Assembly (NCBI GenBank): GCA_013334575.1
Contig: JAAXXG010000002.1
Location: forward strand, 5,377-69,376
DNA: 64,000 bases
From: Candidatus Moraniibacteriota bacterium
GTDB taxonomy: Bacteria; Patescibacteriota; Minisyncoccia; Moranbacterales; UBA1568
Reading direction: 5' to 3'
The number at the start of each line of letters is the position of its first letter. Positions within the stretch are counted from its first letter, which is position 1. The position numbers were made by a program, and so were the translations under genes. Below the pieces are notes generated by a model. It worked only from the letters and a program-made list of their open reading frames with translations. It was not told the origin of the DNA and did not search any database. Of the stretch, positions 19,957-29,951 are shown piece by piece.

Positions 19957-19978
19957 CTCCTTCCGTCCGTACGTCAAC

Positions 19979-20452
19979 TTATTCGCGGTACTCGAAGCCT
20001 TCACCGCAGAAACCGGGGTGCCGAATCGACTTCGCCATTCCGAGCGAACGGTGTCCATCATCCGCGCGATTCGAACTCACACGCGATTCCGGAACGTACT
20101 CATTCACCTCGAAGCGTGCCTGTAGCCCGAGACGCACCAACACCTTCACGTTTCGACGGCCCGATTTCAAGACGATTTTCGCCACCTTCTCACGGGGATA
20201 GAGAAGAAAATGCCGTCCCGGTCTCGATTCCCTTCCTCCGTGCCCGACCATCTCCGGTACGACCGGATTCCCGTCGACATCAAGGAAATCCCGACGGCAC
20301 CCGCGTCGTTTCGATTTCGGAACGACGAACGTGTCCTGCGGGATTCCCAGATTTTCCGGGACCGAGAAACGCTCCCGAAGATATCTCTCCAGCTCGCTCT
20401 CTTCCGTTTCATAGCGCCTCACCAGACGGATATTCTGCTCCAAGCTTCCCAT
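19979..20452 (-). CDS. Hypothetical protein (157 aa)
   Basis: A strong SD (AAAGGAGGAG) lies 5 nt before the ATG at 20452. I recognise no domain. Confidence 0.5.
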   Translation of the reverse strand: MGSLEQNIRLVRRYETEESELERYLRERFSVPENLGIPQDTFVVPKSKRRGCRRDFLDVDGNPVVPEMVGHGGRESRPGRHFLLYPREKVAKIVLKSGRRNVKVLVRLGLQARFEVNEYVPESRVSSNRADDGHRSLGMAKSIRHPGFCGEGFEYRE

Positions 20453-20483
20453 GAGTCTCCTCCTTTGATTCGTTTTCTGATAT

Positions 20484-20507
20484 TAAAAGACGACCACGAC
20501 GGTCGTA
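20484..20507 (-). terminator. Terminator of the HAD hydrolase gene
   Basis: The stem ACGACC / GGTCGT has a 5-nt loop and a T-run on the minus strand. Confidence 0.45.
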
Positions 20508-20579
20508 TCCCGTAATCTTACTTGTGACGCTGCCACGTCACGCAGGCGACGTAAACATATCGTGCCGAGACACTGACGA

Positions 20580-21206
20580 TCAGAATCCGCGATCCGGAAC
20601 AGGCGACCACTCACGCATAAGACCGAGCAGCTCTCCGAGTTCCGAAATGAGATGATGCGGATTACCGCGACGCAACGTCTCCCGATCGTGATATCCGGAA
20701 TCGATCGCCACCGTCACCACGCCGGTCTCCCGAGCCGCCAGGATATCTCCCAGCGTATCGGACACGAACAGCACCCGGTCATCGGGTTGCCCATATCGCC
20801 CGCGGATATACCCGATACCATGCGTCTTCGAAGGATGGATATCCCCGCCGATGACTTCCACAAACATTTCCCGAAGGCCGTTATTGCGAAGGTATCCTTC
20901 AATGATCCGGGTTCCTCCGGCGCTCACGATATGAAGCCCCACGGACTCCGAAAGACTTCTCAAGACTTCCGCGACCCCGTCTTCGGTCCGTAATGCCATG
21001 AACTCCTTCGCGACATACTCCCGATACGAGACCCAGTCGGCCCCATGTAGTTTTTCCGGAACGCACCGATAGAAGTTCCCGTTCTGCATGTCGCGGTACT
21101 CCTGTTCCGTCAGTTCGATTCCGAAAAATTTCCTGACGCGCTCAAGATGAAACCGGAAGGTGTCGTGTATGACACCGTCGAAACCGAATATCACCGCTCC
21201 AGCCAT
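20580..21206 (-). CDS. HAD-superfamily hydrolase (phosphatase-like)
   Basis: Motif I is FGFDGVIHDT and motif IV is VLFVSDTLGDILAA. Confidence 0.75.
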   Translation of the reverse strand: MAGAVIFGFDGVIHDTFRFHLERVRKFFGIELTEQEYRDMQNGNFYRCVPEKLHGADWVSYREYVAKEFMALRTEDGVAEVLRSLSESVGLHIVSAGGTRIIEGYLRNNGLREMFVEVIGGDIHPSKTHGIGYIRGRYGQPDDRVLFVSDTLGDILAARETGVVTVAIDSGYHDRETLRRGNPHHLISELGELLGLMREWSPVPDRGF

Positions 21207-21310
21207 GATTCTCTCCTGTTAAGGTTCCGAAAAGCATTCCGGAGCGTACACCGTACCATGACACGCGTCAACCCCGATCGCAACGAACACGAGAGAGAAG
21301 CATACCGAAC

Positions 21311-22117
21311 TCACCGGATACGTTTCCAGGCGAGCAGGACGAAAAAGACGAGGAGGTTCACGAGGACGACGGTACCGCCAGCCGGGATATCGGCCAGGAA
21401 GGAGACGGTGATGCCGACGAGTACGGAAAGCACCGCGATGCAGGAGGAGAGCAGGAGCGCGCCGCGGAACCCGCGCGCGACCTGGAGCGCGGATACGGCC
21501 GGCAGGACGAGCAGTGCGGACACGAGCATCACGCCGACCACCTTGACCGCGAGCACGACCGATACGGCCGTCAGGGTCGCGAGAAGGATGTTGACGGCTC
21601 CGGTCCGTATGCCGGATACGGTCGCGTATTCCTCGTCGAACGCGACCGAGAACAGATCGTGATACAGGAACGCGATCACCGCGAGCACGACGGCCGAAAG
21701 CAGGACCGACAGATACGTCTCAACCGGGCTCACCGCGAGGATGTTCCCGAACAGGTAACTCATGAGGTCGACATTGAAGCCTCCCGCAAGGCTCGCCAGC
21801 ACGACGCCGAGCGCGATGCCGGAAGACGAGACGATCGCGATCGCCGCGTCGCCGTACAGTCGCGCGCGCCGCGACAGGACCAGGATGAGCGAGGATGCCG
21901 CCACCGAAATCGGCAACGCTACCCAGAGAGGCTCGAGCCCCAGAAACAATCCGAGCGCGATCCCTCCGAAGCTAACGTGAGAGAGACCGTCGCCGATGAG
22001 CGAGAAGCGGCGCAACACGAGGAACAGCCCGAGCATCGCGCAGAGGACCGCGATGAACGATCCCGCCAGGTATGCGCGCTGGATGAAGGCGAATCCGAGG
22101 AAGTCGGCGAATCCCAT
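21311..22117 (-). CDS. znuB: Metal ABC transporter permease (ZnuB/MntB, ABC-3 family)
   Basis: The ORF has 8 TM helices and starts MGFADFLGFAFIQRAYLAGS. Confidence 0.8.
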   Translation of the reverse strand: MGFADFLGFAFIQRAYLAGSFIAVLCAMLGLFLVLRRFSLIGDGLSHVSFGGIALGLFLGLEPLWVALPISVAASSLILVLSRRARLYGDAAIAIVSSSGIALGVVLASLAGGFNVDLMSYLFGNILAVSPVETYLSVLLSAVVLAVIAFLYHDLFSVAFDEEYATVSGIRTGAVNILLATLTAVSVVLAVKVVGVMLVSALLVLPAVSALQVARGFRGALLLSSCIAVLSVLVGITVSFLADIPAGGTVVLVNLLVFFVLLAWKRIR

Positions 22118-22122
22118 ACGCT

Positions 22123-22887
22123 TCAGGTCGTGTGCTGATGACAGATCACGTGCTGGTCGAAATATCCGAACTTCCCCTCCATGGACTTCGACCGACAGAA
22201 CTCGTCGAACCCCCCGAAAAAGACGACCGATTTGTCGAGATAGAGGAGCGTTCCACCCTGTTCACCGGCATGCGGAATATCGTGCGTGATCATGACGACC
22301 GTCTTCCCTTCCTCGGACCGGAGTCGGGTAAGCAGGGCGTAGAACCTCGCCCGCGCCTCGGGATCGAGCGCGGTCACGGGTTCGTCGAGCACCAGAAGCT
22401 CTGGATCGGACACGAGCGCCCGAGCCAGGAAGACCCGCTGCTGCTGACCGCCGGACAGGCTCCCGATCGGCGAATGCTCCAGGTCGAGCGCATCCACCGA
22501 GCGGAGCGCCTCGCGGATACGCTCGCGGTCGGCCCCGTCCAACCGCTTCGGCAGACGCTTTCCCGAAAGAAGACCCAGCCCGACCACCTCGCCCGACGTC
22601 GCCGGAAAGAGCGGATTGAACGTATTGACCCGCTGCGGCAGATAGCCGACCTTCCGATGATCGCGGAACGCGCTTCGTGGCGTTCCGAACAGTTCGATAT
22701 CTCCTTCGTACCCGTCGAGAAGGCCGAGGACGAGCTTCATGAGCGTCGTCTTGCCGGCACCGTTCGGACCGGCGAGTGCCACGAAGTCGCCGCGACGTAC
22801 ACGGAACGACACGTCGGAGAGGGTTTCCGACGCGCCGTAGCGGAACGAGAGATGATCGACCGACAGGATGACGTCGTTCATTCGCAT
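22123..22887 (-). CDS. znuC: Metal ABC transporter ATP-binding protein
   Basis: Walker A is GPNGAGKTT, the signature LSGGQQQRVFLARAL and Walker B LLVLDEPVTALD. Confidence 0.85.
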   Translation of the reverse strand: MRMNDVILSVDHLSFRYGASETLSDVSFRVRRGDFVALAGPNGAGKTTLMKLVLGLLDGYEGDIELFGTPRSAFRDHRKVGYLPQRVNTFNPLFPATSGEVVGLGLLSGKRLPKRLDGADRERIREALRSVDALDLEHSPIGSLSGGQQQRVFLARALVSDPELLVLDEPVTALDPEARARFYALLTRLRSEEGKTVVMITHDIPHAGEQGGTLLYLDKSVVFFGGFDEFCRSKSMEGKFGYFDQHVICHQHTT

Positions 22888-23909
22888 GAGAGTCCTTGCC
22901 GTAAAGTATCGAGGTTCCGCCGCATGATGTCAAAGAAGGATACGCTGTGTTCAGCCTCGTCACGCGTCAGGTTATGCGCCGCGTCGAGCTCGAACACCGT
23001 AGCGCCCGTTTCCGCGGCGATCGTCTCGGCGATCTTCGGGCTCGAAAGCTCCTCCGCGAAGACCGCGGACAAGCGTTCGCGCCTCACCTGTCCGACAAGC
23101 CGCGCAAGATCCTTCGCCGTCGGCTCCGCGTCGGGAGAAAAGCCCTGCGCCGCCTCGTATGAGAGCCCGTACCGCGCCGCAAGGTATCCGAACGCGTAAT
23201 GCCCCCCGTAGACGATCGTCCGAGACTTACAGACGGCGAGACCGTCACGATAAGCCCGATCGAGATCGGACAGACCCGAGACGTATTTCTCTGCCCGATC
23301 GGCATACGCGGCGGCATGCGAAGGATCAGCTTCGGAGAGCGCCGCGGCGACATGCCGAACCATGACAGCGGCATTGTCGAAGTCGAGCCAGATATGAGGA
23401 TCCAGCCCGCCGTGGTCATGATGATGCCCCTCTTCTTCCTCAAGGTCCGCATCGGCGTCATCCTCTTGGTCCATACCCTCTTCCCCTTCATGTCCGTGCT
23501 CGTCCCCGTCCGATCCGACTCGCATCGCGATCCCCTCACTCGCATCCACCGCAAGCAGATCCCGCCGCCCCGTCCCCGAAAGAACGTCCTTCGCCCACGG
23601 CTCCATGGCGTCTCCGGTATAGACGAAGACATCCGCCTCTCCGATCCGGACGATGTCCGCCGGCGTCGGTTCGAATGAATGCGGTTCGATACCCGGAGGC
23701 AAGAGCAGCGAGACGTCCGCATCGTCCCCACCGACGAATCGTGCCATATCGTAGAGCGGGAATAACGTCGTCACGACCACCGGACGATCGATGCCGATAT
23801 CGGTCGGCGCTTCCGTCCGGCGATTCAAAATCCAGAACGCGAATCCCATAAATACGAGGCCGATAAGGATCACAAAGACTCTCTTCTCCCACAGGTCCTT
23901 CTGTTTCAT
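22878..23909 (-). CDS. znuA: Zinc ABC transporter substrate-binding protein with a His/acidic-rich loop
   Basis: The loop DGDEHGHEGEEGMDQEDDADADLEEEEGHHHDHGGLDPHIWLD is the ZnuA-type flexible His loop, followed by the conserved HIWLD. Confidence 0.85.
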   Translation of the reverse strand: MKQKDLWEKRVFVILIGLVFMGFAFWILNRRTEAPTDIGIDRPVVVTTLFPLYDMARFVGGDDADVSLLLPPGIEPHSFEPTPADIVRIGEADVFVYTGDAMEPWAKDVLSGTGRRDLLAVDASEGIAMRVGSDGDEHGHEGEEGMDQEDDADADLEEEEGHHHDHGGLDPHIWLDFDNAAVMVRHVAAALSEADPSHAAAYADRAEKYVSGLSDLDRAYRDGLAVCKSRTIVYGGHYAFGYLAARYGLSYEAAQGFSPDAEPTAKDLARLVGQVRRERLSAVFAEELSSPKIAETIAAETGATVFELDAAHNLTRDEAEHSVSFFDIMRRNLDTLRQGLSCE

Positions 23910-23952
23910 ATGCGTATCATTTTATCCGAACATTTATAAGAATTTTTTGTCC

Positions 23953-24369
23953 TTATCGACATCGCTCGCAGTATCCGTAGAACTCGAGCTCGTGACCGAG
24001 TACCCGGAACCGCTCGTCGCGCAGGATACGTTCCTCCTCGCGATGCAGGTGATCGTCGAACGGGACCGAACGCACCTCGCGGCATCCGAGACATACGAGA
24101 TGATGACGATGTCCGCGGACCAGTTCATAGATCCGGCCACGCTTCGCGATACCGGATTCCGACACGATGCCGGCGCCGATCAAAAAGCGCAGCTCACGAT
24201 ACAGCGTCGTCCGGTCCGGCTCGCATCCCCGTTTCGAGAGTGCCTCACGGACGCCGATGAGCGCCTGCGGCCCATCGGAACCGAGAAACGATTCCAAAAC
24301 CGCCCTGCGGGTTTTTGTCATCCGACCACCGGCAGCCCGAACCCGTTGTTCCAATTCACGAATATCCAT
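23953..24369 (-). CDS. zur: Fur-family transcriptional regulator, probably Zur
   Basis: An N-terminal winged-helix domain is present. The C-terminus has HRHHLVCLGC ... GYCERCR metal sites. It is the first gene of the zur-znuACB unit. Confidence 0.75.
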   Translation of the reverse strand: MDIRELEQRVRAAGGRMTKTRRAVLESFLGSDGPQALIGVREALSKRGCEPDRTTLYRELRFLIGAGIVSESGIAKRGRIYELVRGHRHHLVCLGCREVRSVPFDDHLHREEERILRDERFRVLGHELEFYGYCERCR

Positions 24370-24395
24370 GTTTCCATGGTAACCCCATATTCAAA

Positions 24396-24418
24396 ATACT
24401 GCAACAATGTTGCAGTAT
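24396..24418. promoter_or_regulatory. Candidate Zur/Fur operator: perfect 10-3-10 palindrome ATACTGCAAC-AAT-GTTGCAGTAT
   Basis: Read directly. It lies 27 nt upstream of the zur start codon, at the head of the zur-znuACB operon. Confidence 0.5.
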
Positions 24419-24451
24419 CTGAAACACACCGACACCCGAGTACGAGATGAA

Positions 24452-25501
24452 TCAAGAAGAATCGCGGCGGGAAAACGGAAGCCCGAAGTCCCGGTGTGCC
24501 ATGACGATCCCTGGAACAAGCGGGAGCCAGAGTGTCAACCCTCGGAAAATCAGTACCCCGGTAAGCGCTCCCTCGAATGGGACGCCGAGACCGATAAGTG
24601 TCGTCGTCACGGCGAACTCGAAGGTCCCGATGCCGCCCGGAACGAATGACACGGTTCCCGCGACCGCACCGACGACGAACGCGGCGAGAGCGGTACCGAA
24701 GGCCGTATGGACTCCGACCGCATGAAGCGTCGCCCACAAGGTCGCCCCGTCGAGCACGAAGACGATCGCCTGGAACAGCACCGAGAAAGAGATATTCCTC
24801 CCCGCGAGCACGTTATCCGACGTCATTCTCGATACTGCCGAGAGAAGGCGTGCCGGAAACGATCGTCTGGTAAGCCATGCCGGCAACATATCGAGAAGAT
24901 CGCGACGACGCAGGAGGACGACTGCGAGCGTCGGAACCGTGACCGAGATAATCGCGAAGACCCCGAGCGCGGCGAGCACTACCGACGTAACGTCGTGATG
25001 AAACGAAAGTATCGCCAGCGCGACGGCGGTGGCGACCGCATACGCGATATGGAACGAAATGATATCGAGGAACACCGCTTCGAGAGCGACCGCCGAGGAG
25101 ACGCCTGCCCTGCGAAGCGCCTGCAACACGCCGACGTGTCCGGCGACTCCGGCACTCGGCAGAAGCTGATCGACCGTCAGTTTCTCGACGGAAAGTCGCA
25201 CCAGGAACCGGGCTGAAAATCTCTTTCCGACGGCACGCGTCGCGATATTCCATACCTGACCATTGGCCGCGTACGTCAGTACCTGCGCCGCCACCGCAAC
25301 GGACAGCCACCAGGGTTCGGCTTCACTGGCAAGCTCCGCGAAACGGCGCAATTGCCCGAATCTCAGGAAAACGGCGGCAGAAAGTGTCGCGATAACCAGG
25401 AATCCCGCCAAAAACGGCCGCAACGGCAGGGAAGACAATCCCGAAATACCGTCATCCTCATTGCCGACCCGGCCGCCGACCGGCCGTTCCGTTTCATTCA
25501 T
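24452..25501 (-). CDS. UPF0104 / MprF-flippase-like polytopic membrane protein
   Basis: The 349-aa ORF has about 8 TM helices. The overall pattern recalls the lysyl-PG-synthase-family TM domain (TIGR00374-like). Family assignment is moderate. Confidence 0.55.
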   Translation of the reverse strand: MNETERPVGGRVGNEDDGISGLSSLPLRPFLAGFLVIATLSAAVFLRFGQLRRFAELASEAEPWWLSVAVAAQVLTYAANGQVWNIATRAVGKRFSARFLVRLSVEKLTVDQLLPSAGVAGHVGVLQALRRAGVSSAVALEAVFLDIISFHIAYAVATAVALAILSFHHDVTSVVLAALGVFAIISVTVPTLAVVLLRRRDLLDMLPAWLTRRSFPARLLSAVSRMTSDNVLAGRNISFSVLFQAIVFVLDGATLWATLHAVGVHTAFGTALAAFVVGAVAGTVSFVPGGIGTFEFAVTTTLIGLGVPFEGALTGVLIFRGLTLWLPLVPGIVMAHRDFGLPFSRRDSS

Positions 25502-25807
25502 ATGACCTCATGGTACCACGCCTCTCGCCATCCGCTCCGCTTGCCTTTTTCACGATGACATGACTCAATGAAATCGGCTCATTCCACAACATGAAAACAT
25601 CGATAACCATGAGTAACAGCTCCGACCATCAGGACACCGTCGTTCCTTCCTTGGCAGATACGCTGGGAAGCGCCGTCCGCGCGGGCATCGAGACGATACG
25701 CACACTCGCGCTGATTGCCATAATCGTTACCGATCCCTTTTGCGACCAAATCTCACGCGACTTGTCGGACGGGAATACGGAATAGGCATCTGCCGCATGG
25801 CACGAAA

Positions 25808-25836
25808 GAAAAAGCCGTCGAACCCGACGGCTTTTC
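25808..25836. terminator. Bidirectional terminator AAAAGCCGTCG-aaccc-CGACGGCTTTT
   Basis: The stem is perfect, with an A-run on one side and a T-run on the other. It lies 28 nt downstream of the engB stop. Confidence 0.55.
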
Positions 25837-25863
25837 TCCTACCCCGATACGGAGACGGACATC

Positions 25864-26445
25864 TCAGCTGCGAATCGTCCCACCGATTACGGCGAGCAGT
25901 TCTCCGCGACCTTCGCCGGTCTCGGCTGAATAGCGGATGACCGTACTGTCCGGATATTCCTTCATCGCCTGTCGGATATGGTTCGTCACATCGTTCCGAC
26001 GTCCCTTGTCACTCTTGTTCCCGAGCAGCAGAACGAGGCGCCCGGCATCCCGCAGGACGGAGACCGTCTCCCGGTCGGAATCCTGCAGTCCGAGCGCCGC
26101 ATCGAACACGACGACCGCGAGCCGGATCGGAACCTCCTGCGCTCCGGCAAACCAGGAGAGCCGTCTTGCAATCCGCTCCATGTCCGTCTTGGACAGTCGG
26201 GCATACCCGTATCCCGGCGTATCCGCCAGATACCATTTTCCGTCGACATCGAAATAATTCACCTCGGTGGTTCGTCCGGGTCGCGAACTCGACCTTGCCA
26301 ACCCCTTCCGCCTGACAAGCGCGTTGATCGCGCTCGATTTTCCCACGTTCGAACGACCGAAAAACGCCACCGTCGGCCTCATCGGCTCCGGCAGCCCCTC
26401 CGATCCCGTCACGCCTCTCACGAACCGAACTTCACGGATCTCCAT
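25864..26445 (-). CDS. engB: Ribosome-biogenesis GTPase EngB/YihA/YsxC
   Basis: ATG 26445 with SD AAGGAGA gives MEIREVRF...G1 GRSNVGKSS, G3 DTPGYG, G4 NKSD. The ORF track's 365-aa version has an implausible N-terminal extension. Confidence 0.85.
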   Translation of the reverse strand: MEIREVRFVRGVTGSEGLPEPMRPTVAFFGRSNVGKSSAINALVRRKGLARSSSRPGRTTEVNYFDVDGKWYLADTPGYGYARLSKTDMERIARRLSWFAGAQEVPIRLAVVVFDAALGLQDSDRETVSVLRDAGRLVLLLGNKSDKGRRNDVTNHIRQAMKEYPDSTVIRYSAETGEGRGELLAVIGGTIRS

Positions 26446-26586
26446 AGGTCTCCTTACGTTGATTCCTGTATAACACAGCCTTCCGGCCCGGTAAACCGCC
26501 GATTGACAGGAGGGGCGGATAGAATCTATCATTCTTCCCGTTACGCAGACAGCCTCGGTTTCAGGAACCTTAAAAAATACACCGTC

Positions 26587-26976
26587 ATGAACGATCATTA
26601 TTCCCGTCGCCTCGCGGCTTTCCTGACCGCACTGCGGCGGTCCGGCATTCCCGCGTCGCCCGATTCGGTCAATGGGTACTCGCTCCGATACCCCGCAAAC
26701 GGTCCACCCGAAGCATTCGGGTTCTACTACCCGTTCCGGAACATCGGCGCCTGTACGATCGCGCTCATCCACCTTATCCCGAGCAAAGGAATCCGGATCG
26801 ACTTTCATTCCTTCGCGGACCGGGAACTCTCGCCGACTCCGGCAGCCGACACCATCGTCCGAGCCCTCGGAGACCTGATCTGCTCCGCCCTTGCATGCGT
26901 GCGGGATATGCTCGAACGACTGAGAGCAATCATCATACCGAACCCTTTTCCCATAACCCAAACACCCTACCCATGA
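26587..26976 (+). CDS. Hypothetical protein (129 aa), weakly supported
   Basis: This is an ATG-initiated sub-ORF of the 25978..26976 frame lying outside the engB antisense region. No SD and no recognisable domain. Confidence 0.2.
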   Translation: MNDHYSRRLAAFLTALRRSGIPASPDSVNGYSLRYPANGPPEAFGFYYPFRNIGACTIALIHLIPSKGIRIDFHSFADRELSPTPAADTIVRALGDLICSALACVRDMLERLRAIIIPNPFPITQTPYP

Positions 26977-27202
26977 TCGTACAATCGAATCTCAGATTCC
27001 CCGACGAACACATCTTCAGACCAGGACCGATCGAAGATATGATGAACCTGCTCCTGCTCCCGATACGGGCGACTATCATCGTTCTCGAAGGGGTAAACCG
27101 TTTCATATCCTTCGACAAGGACCGCGACTCCAAAAAAAGGAATCGTACGGATAGTTACGATGATATTCTCTGAAAATCGGCTGTCCGACCAAGCAAGTCA
27201 TC

Positions 27203-27256
27203 AAAAAAGCCGCCATTCCCCGCACGCAACGCGTGTTGACCGGAGTGGCGGCTTTT
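27203..27256 (-). terminator. Terminator downstream of the DsbA-like gene
   Basis: The stem GCCGCCA / TGGCGGC has an internal sub-hairpin and a T6 run on the minus strand. Confidence 0.45.
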
Positions 27257-27271
27257 CCCTCTTCCCGGAAA

Positions 27272-28255
27272 TCAGCTTCCACAGTTCGCGTCCGACGATG
27301 CGGCTGCGGTCCCCTCGCCGAACCCCGGCGCGGGCGTATCGGACGAGAGCGCGGTCGCGCACGCATCCGGCGCCTCGTCGAACGCGGAGCAGATCGTCTT
27401 GAGCAGGGACGCCGAATCGCGCGACGACGACGCCGTAACGCCGTTTATGACGAGCGTCGGCGAACCCTCCACGCCGAATTTCTCGTTGTCGTCCTTATCG
27501 ATGCCGAATGTCGGGAATTGACCCTGATACGTGGACTTGTCCTGATAGTCCTTCGACACGGAAAATTCCGTATCAGCCGCCTTCGCGCATGCCGCGTTCT
27601 TCGCGGCGTCGACACCGGCCGCCTTAAGGCAGGTCGCCTCGGTTCCCTGTCCCTTCTTCAGGAAACAGGAAAGGTATGCGGGCAGCTTCGCCGGCTCGTC
27701 CCTTCGGATACAGTACTGGCGCAGGTTCTCGTCGAGCTCCTTCTTGTCATGCATGGCGTACGAGACGAATTCGAGCGTGAATCCGATCTTGTCGCCCAGC
27801 GCAGAGAGGACCGGCAGGATCCCCTTCTCGATCTGGGTCCCATACGGGCAATAGCTCATCACGAACAGTCTGACATCCGGCTTATCCGACTTGGGTATCT
27901 CCTGCTCCTGATCCTGCGTCTTCGAAACGGCCGGCTTCAATCCGGTATCGACTCCGTTCGGAAAGAACTTCGCCCCGTCGAGCGAGAGGTACATCGGATA
28001 TTCCTTCCCCTGAATCGTCACCGAGGCCTGGTACAGTCCGGCGGACTCGACGACATCCTTGACCTCGACGTCGACGCTCTCCGGCACGCCGAACTGACCA
28101 TGAAGCGTCTCCGCGATCTTTGTCTTGGCCGCCTCCGCGCCGATAACGCTCTTTCCCGGGGTCACCCGGAAATATCCGGTCCGGACCGCGACCGCCGAGG
28201 CGATACCGGCGACAATGACCATCGCAAGCACGCCGATAATGATCCCCTTCTTCAC
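27272..28255 (-). CDS. DsbA-like thioredoxin-fold protein with an N-terminal signal anchor
   Basis: The active site is MSYCPYGTQ (CxxC). There is an N-terminal TM and a Lys/Ala-rich linker. Confidence 0.65.
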   Translation of the reverse strand: MKKGIIIGVLAMVIVAGIASAVAVRTGYFRVTPGKSVIGAEAAKTKIAETLHGQFGVPESVDVEVKDVVESAGLYQASVTIQGKEYPMYLSLDGAKFFPNGVDTGLKPAVSKTQDQEQEIPKSDKPDVRLFVMSYCPYGTQIEKGILPVLSALGDKIGFTLEFVSYAMHDKKELDENLRQYCIRRDEPAKLPAYLSCFLKKGQGTEATCLKAAGVDAAKNAACAKAADTEFSVSKDYQDKSTYQGQFPTFGIDKDDNEKFGVEGSPTLVINGVTASSSRDSASLLKTICSAFDEAPDACATALSSDTPAPGFGEGTAAASSDANCGS

Positions 28256-28420
28256 ATGGTTTCTTTTACGACATTACGGGACCAGTATAGCAGATCAGGA
28301 CAAGACTGTCCCGGATACCGGAAAACGCCGACTTGACCTGAGTTACGGACGGGGTTACCGTATGAAATCCGGAATACCGGAAGATTCCCTTAACAGCAAC
28401 CAACCGAAGGAAACCAAACC

Positions 28421-29053
28421 ATGTCCATACCGCACTTTCTCTTCTCCGATCTCATGAAGACGGCCTTTATGACGGCGCTGTGTCGACAGTACGGCAAAAA
28501 AACGCTCGAAGCGGCCGATGATATCGTCGTCGAACCGAATCCGGACAGGAAGAAACGCTACATCTGTTCCTCACAAAGCGCGCTCGTCGTCGGAAAGATC
28601 TCGATCGTCGGATCCCGCCTGGCCGTTTCCCTGTTCACCCTATCTCGGAAGAAGCCGGGCAAAGCGGTCCGCATCGTGACGTATCGGTTCGACGATACCG
28701 ATATCCCAGCCCTATCCATGCACCTCGCGACGATCCGCGTCCTCGGAACGCTCACCGGCATCCTGTTCTTTCCGTTCGAGATGACCGTGCGCGCCACCGA
28801 ACTCTTCGATGACGTAATCGCCCTATCCTGCATGGTGCCAGATGTCGCGACTGACACGGCTTCCCTCGTGGTGGATACGCTCTTCAGCGGCATCCCGATA
28901 CCGGAACCGCTCGACGGAATCCTTTCGTCCGCCGCAGAATCGCTAAGCGGCCTGTCCGAAGCCTTCGTACCGGAGTGGATCCGGAACGCCGTTGCCGAAG
29001 CCTTCGAGCCGCTCCTGGCCGCATCCGGCCTCGATCGGATCGTGGCACTCTGA
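28421..29053 (+). CDS. Hypothetical protein (210 aa)
   Basis: The SD AAGGAAACC precedes the ATG. I recognise no domain. Confidence 0.45.
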   Translation: MSIPHFLFSDLMKTAFMTALCRQYGKKTLEAADDIVVEPNPDRKKRYICSSQSALVVGKISIVGSRLAVSLFTLSRKKPGKAVRIVTYRFDDTDIPALSMHLATIRVLGTLTGILFFPFEMTVRATELFDDVIALSCMVPDVATDTASLVVDTLFSGIPIPEPLDGILSSAAESLSGLSEAFVPEWIRNAVAEAFEPLLAASGLDRIVAL

Positions 29054-29074
29054 TCCCGCAAGGGTTCCATGAAC

Positions 29075-29112
29075 AACGCCCCACAAAGAAAACTTTCGGG
29101 GCGTTATCGTTT
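29075..29112. terminator. Bidirectional terminator between convergent genes
   Basis: The stem AACGCCCC / GGGGCGTT is followed by ATCGTTTTCC. Confidence 0.5.
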
Positions 29113-29131
29113 TCCGGAGTCGTCCTGACGT

Positions 29132-29836
29132 TTAGACCGCCTCGGGAACGACATCGGCCGGAGCGCCATCCCCATCGATGACTCCGCTTTCCGGAAGACT
29201 CCCTTCCGCCTCCTCTCCGTCCTTCGTCTGTTCGCCGGCTTCAATCGTCTCCTTCTCGTCCGCCTTACGAAGATCGTCGTAGAACTTGGCGGCACTGACC
29301 TGCATATACGGCATGAGCCACAAGAATCCGATGCCGGCCGTCAGAAGCGCAAGAATGATCCACCCGATGAAACGGAACATGAGCCCGACATACTTCCAGC
29401 CGTAACCACGCATCAGCTCCTTGCTGCGCCGCATCGCCTCGGATGCGCGCACCGAAGGGTCGTCCGCGATCACGAAGTAGGTCATCGAATACGCGATAGC
29501 CGCGACGATTCCGGGAATGACAAGCAGGAGCGACCAGAGGAACACGAACAGCACGATGAGCCAGTATGCCGAAAGGTACGTCGTATACCGCCTGAATCCG
29601 TCGAAGAGCCGTTCGAACGCGGGAGTCTCGCCGCGCGAAGCGGACAGGAAGAAGATCGTCAGTCCGCCGACAAGCGGACCCGAAATGAAAAGCAATACGA
29701 ACGGACCGACGCCTTTCGCGCTCTGAAGCAGCATGACTATCCCGAGATAGGCCGCGGTCACGCCGACCGCCATACCCCACTTCCCCCGAAGAGCCTCGCG
29801 TGCCGACCGCATAAGATCCGCATTCGCCGTACGCAT
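29132..29836 (-). CDS. DUF975-family membrane protein
   Basis: The ORF begins MRTANADLMRSAREALRGKWGMAVGVTAAYL and has 4-5 TM helices, the recalled hallmark of DUF975. Confidence 0.55.
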   Translation of the reverse strand: MRTANADLMRSAREALRGKWGMAVGVTAAYLGIVMLLQSAKGVGPFVLLFISGPLVGGLTIFFLSASRGETPAFERLFDGFRRYTTYLSAYWLIVLFVFLWSLLLVIPGIVAAIAYSMTYFVIADDPSVRASEAMRRSKELMRGYGWKYVGLMFRFIGWIILALLTAGIGFLWLMPYMQVSAAKFYDDLRKADEKETIEAGEQTKDGEEAEGSLPESGVIDGDGAPADVVPEAV

Positions 29837-29951
29837 ACCCGTTTCCTTATCTGTTTAGACCCTCCGTATGGCATCAGTATACACCCGTCCAAACCGGTCC
29901 GCTACGACCGATCCTCCACTCGTCCCCCGCCACGATCGCCTTCACGCGGTC

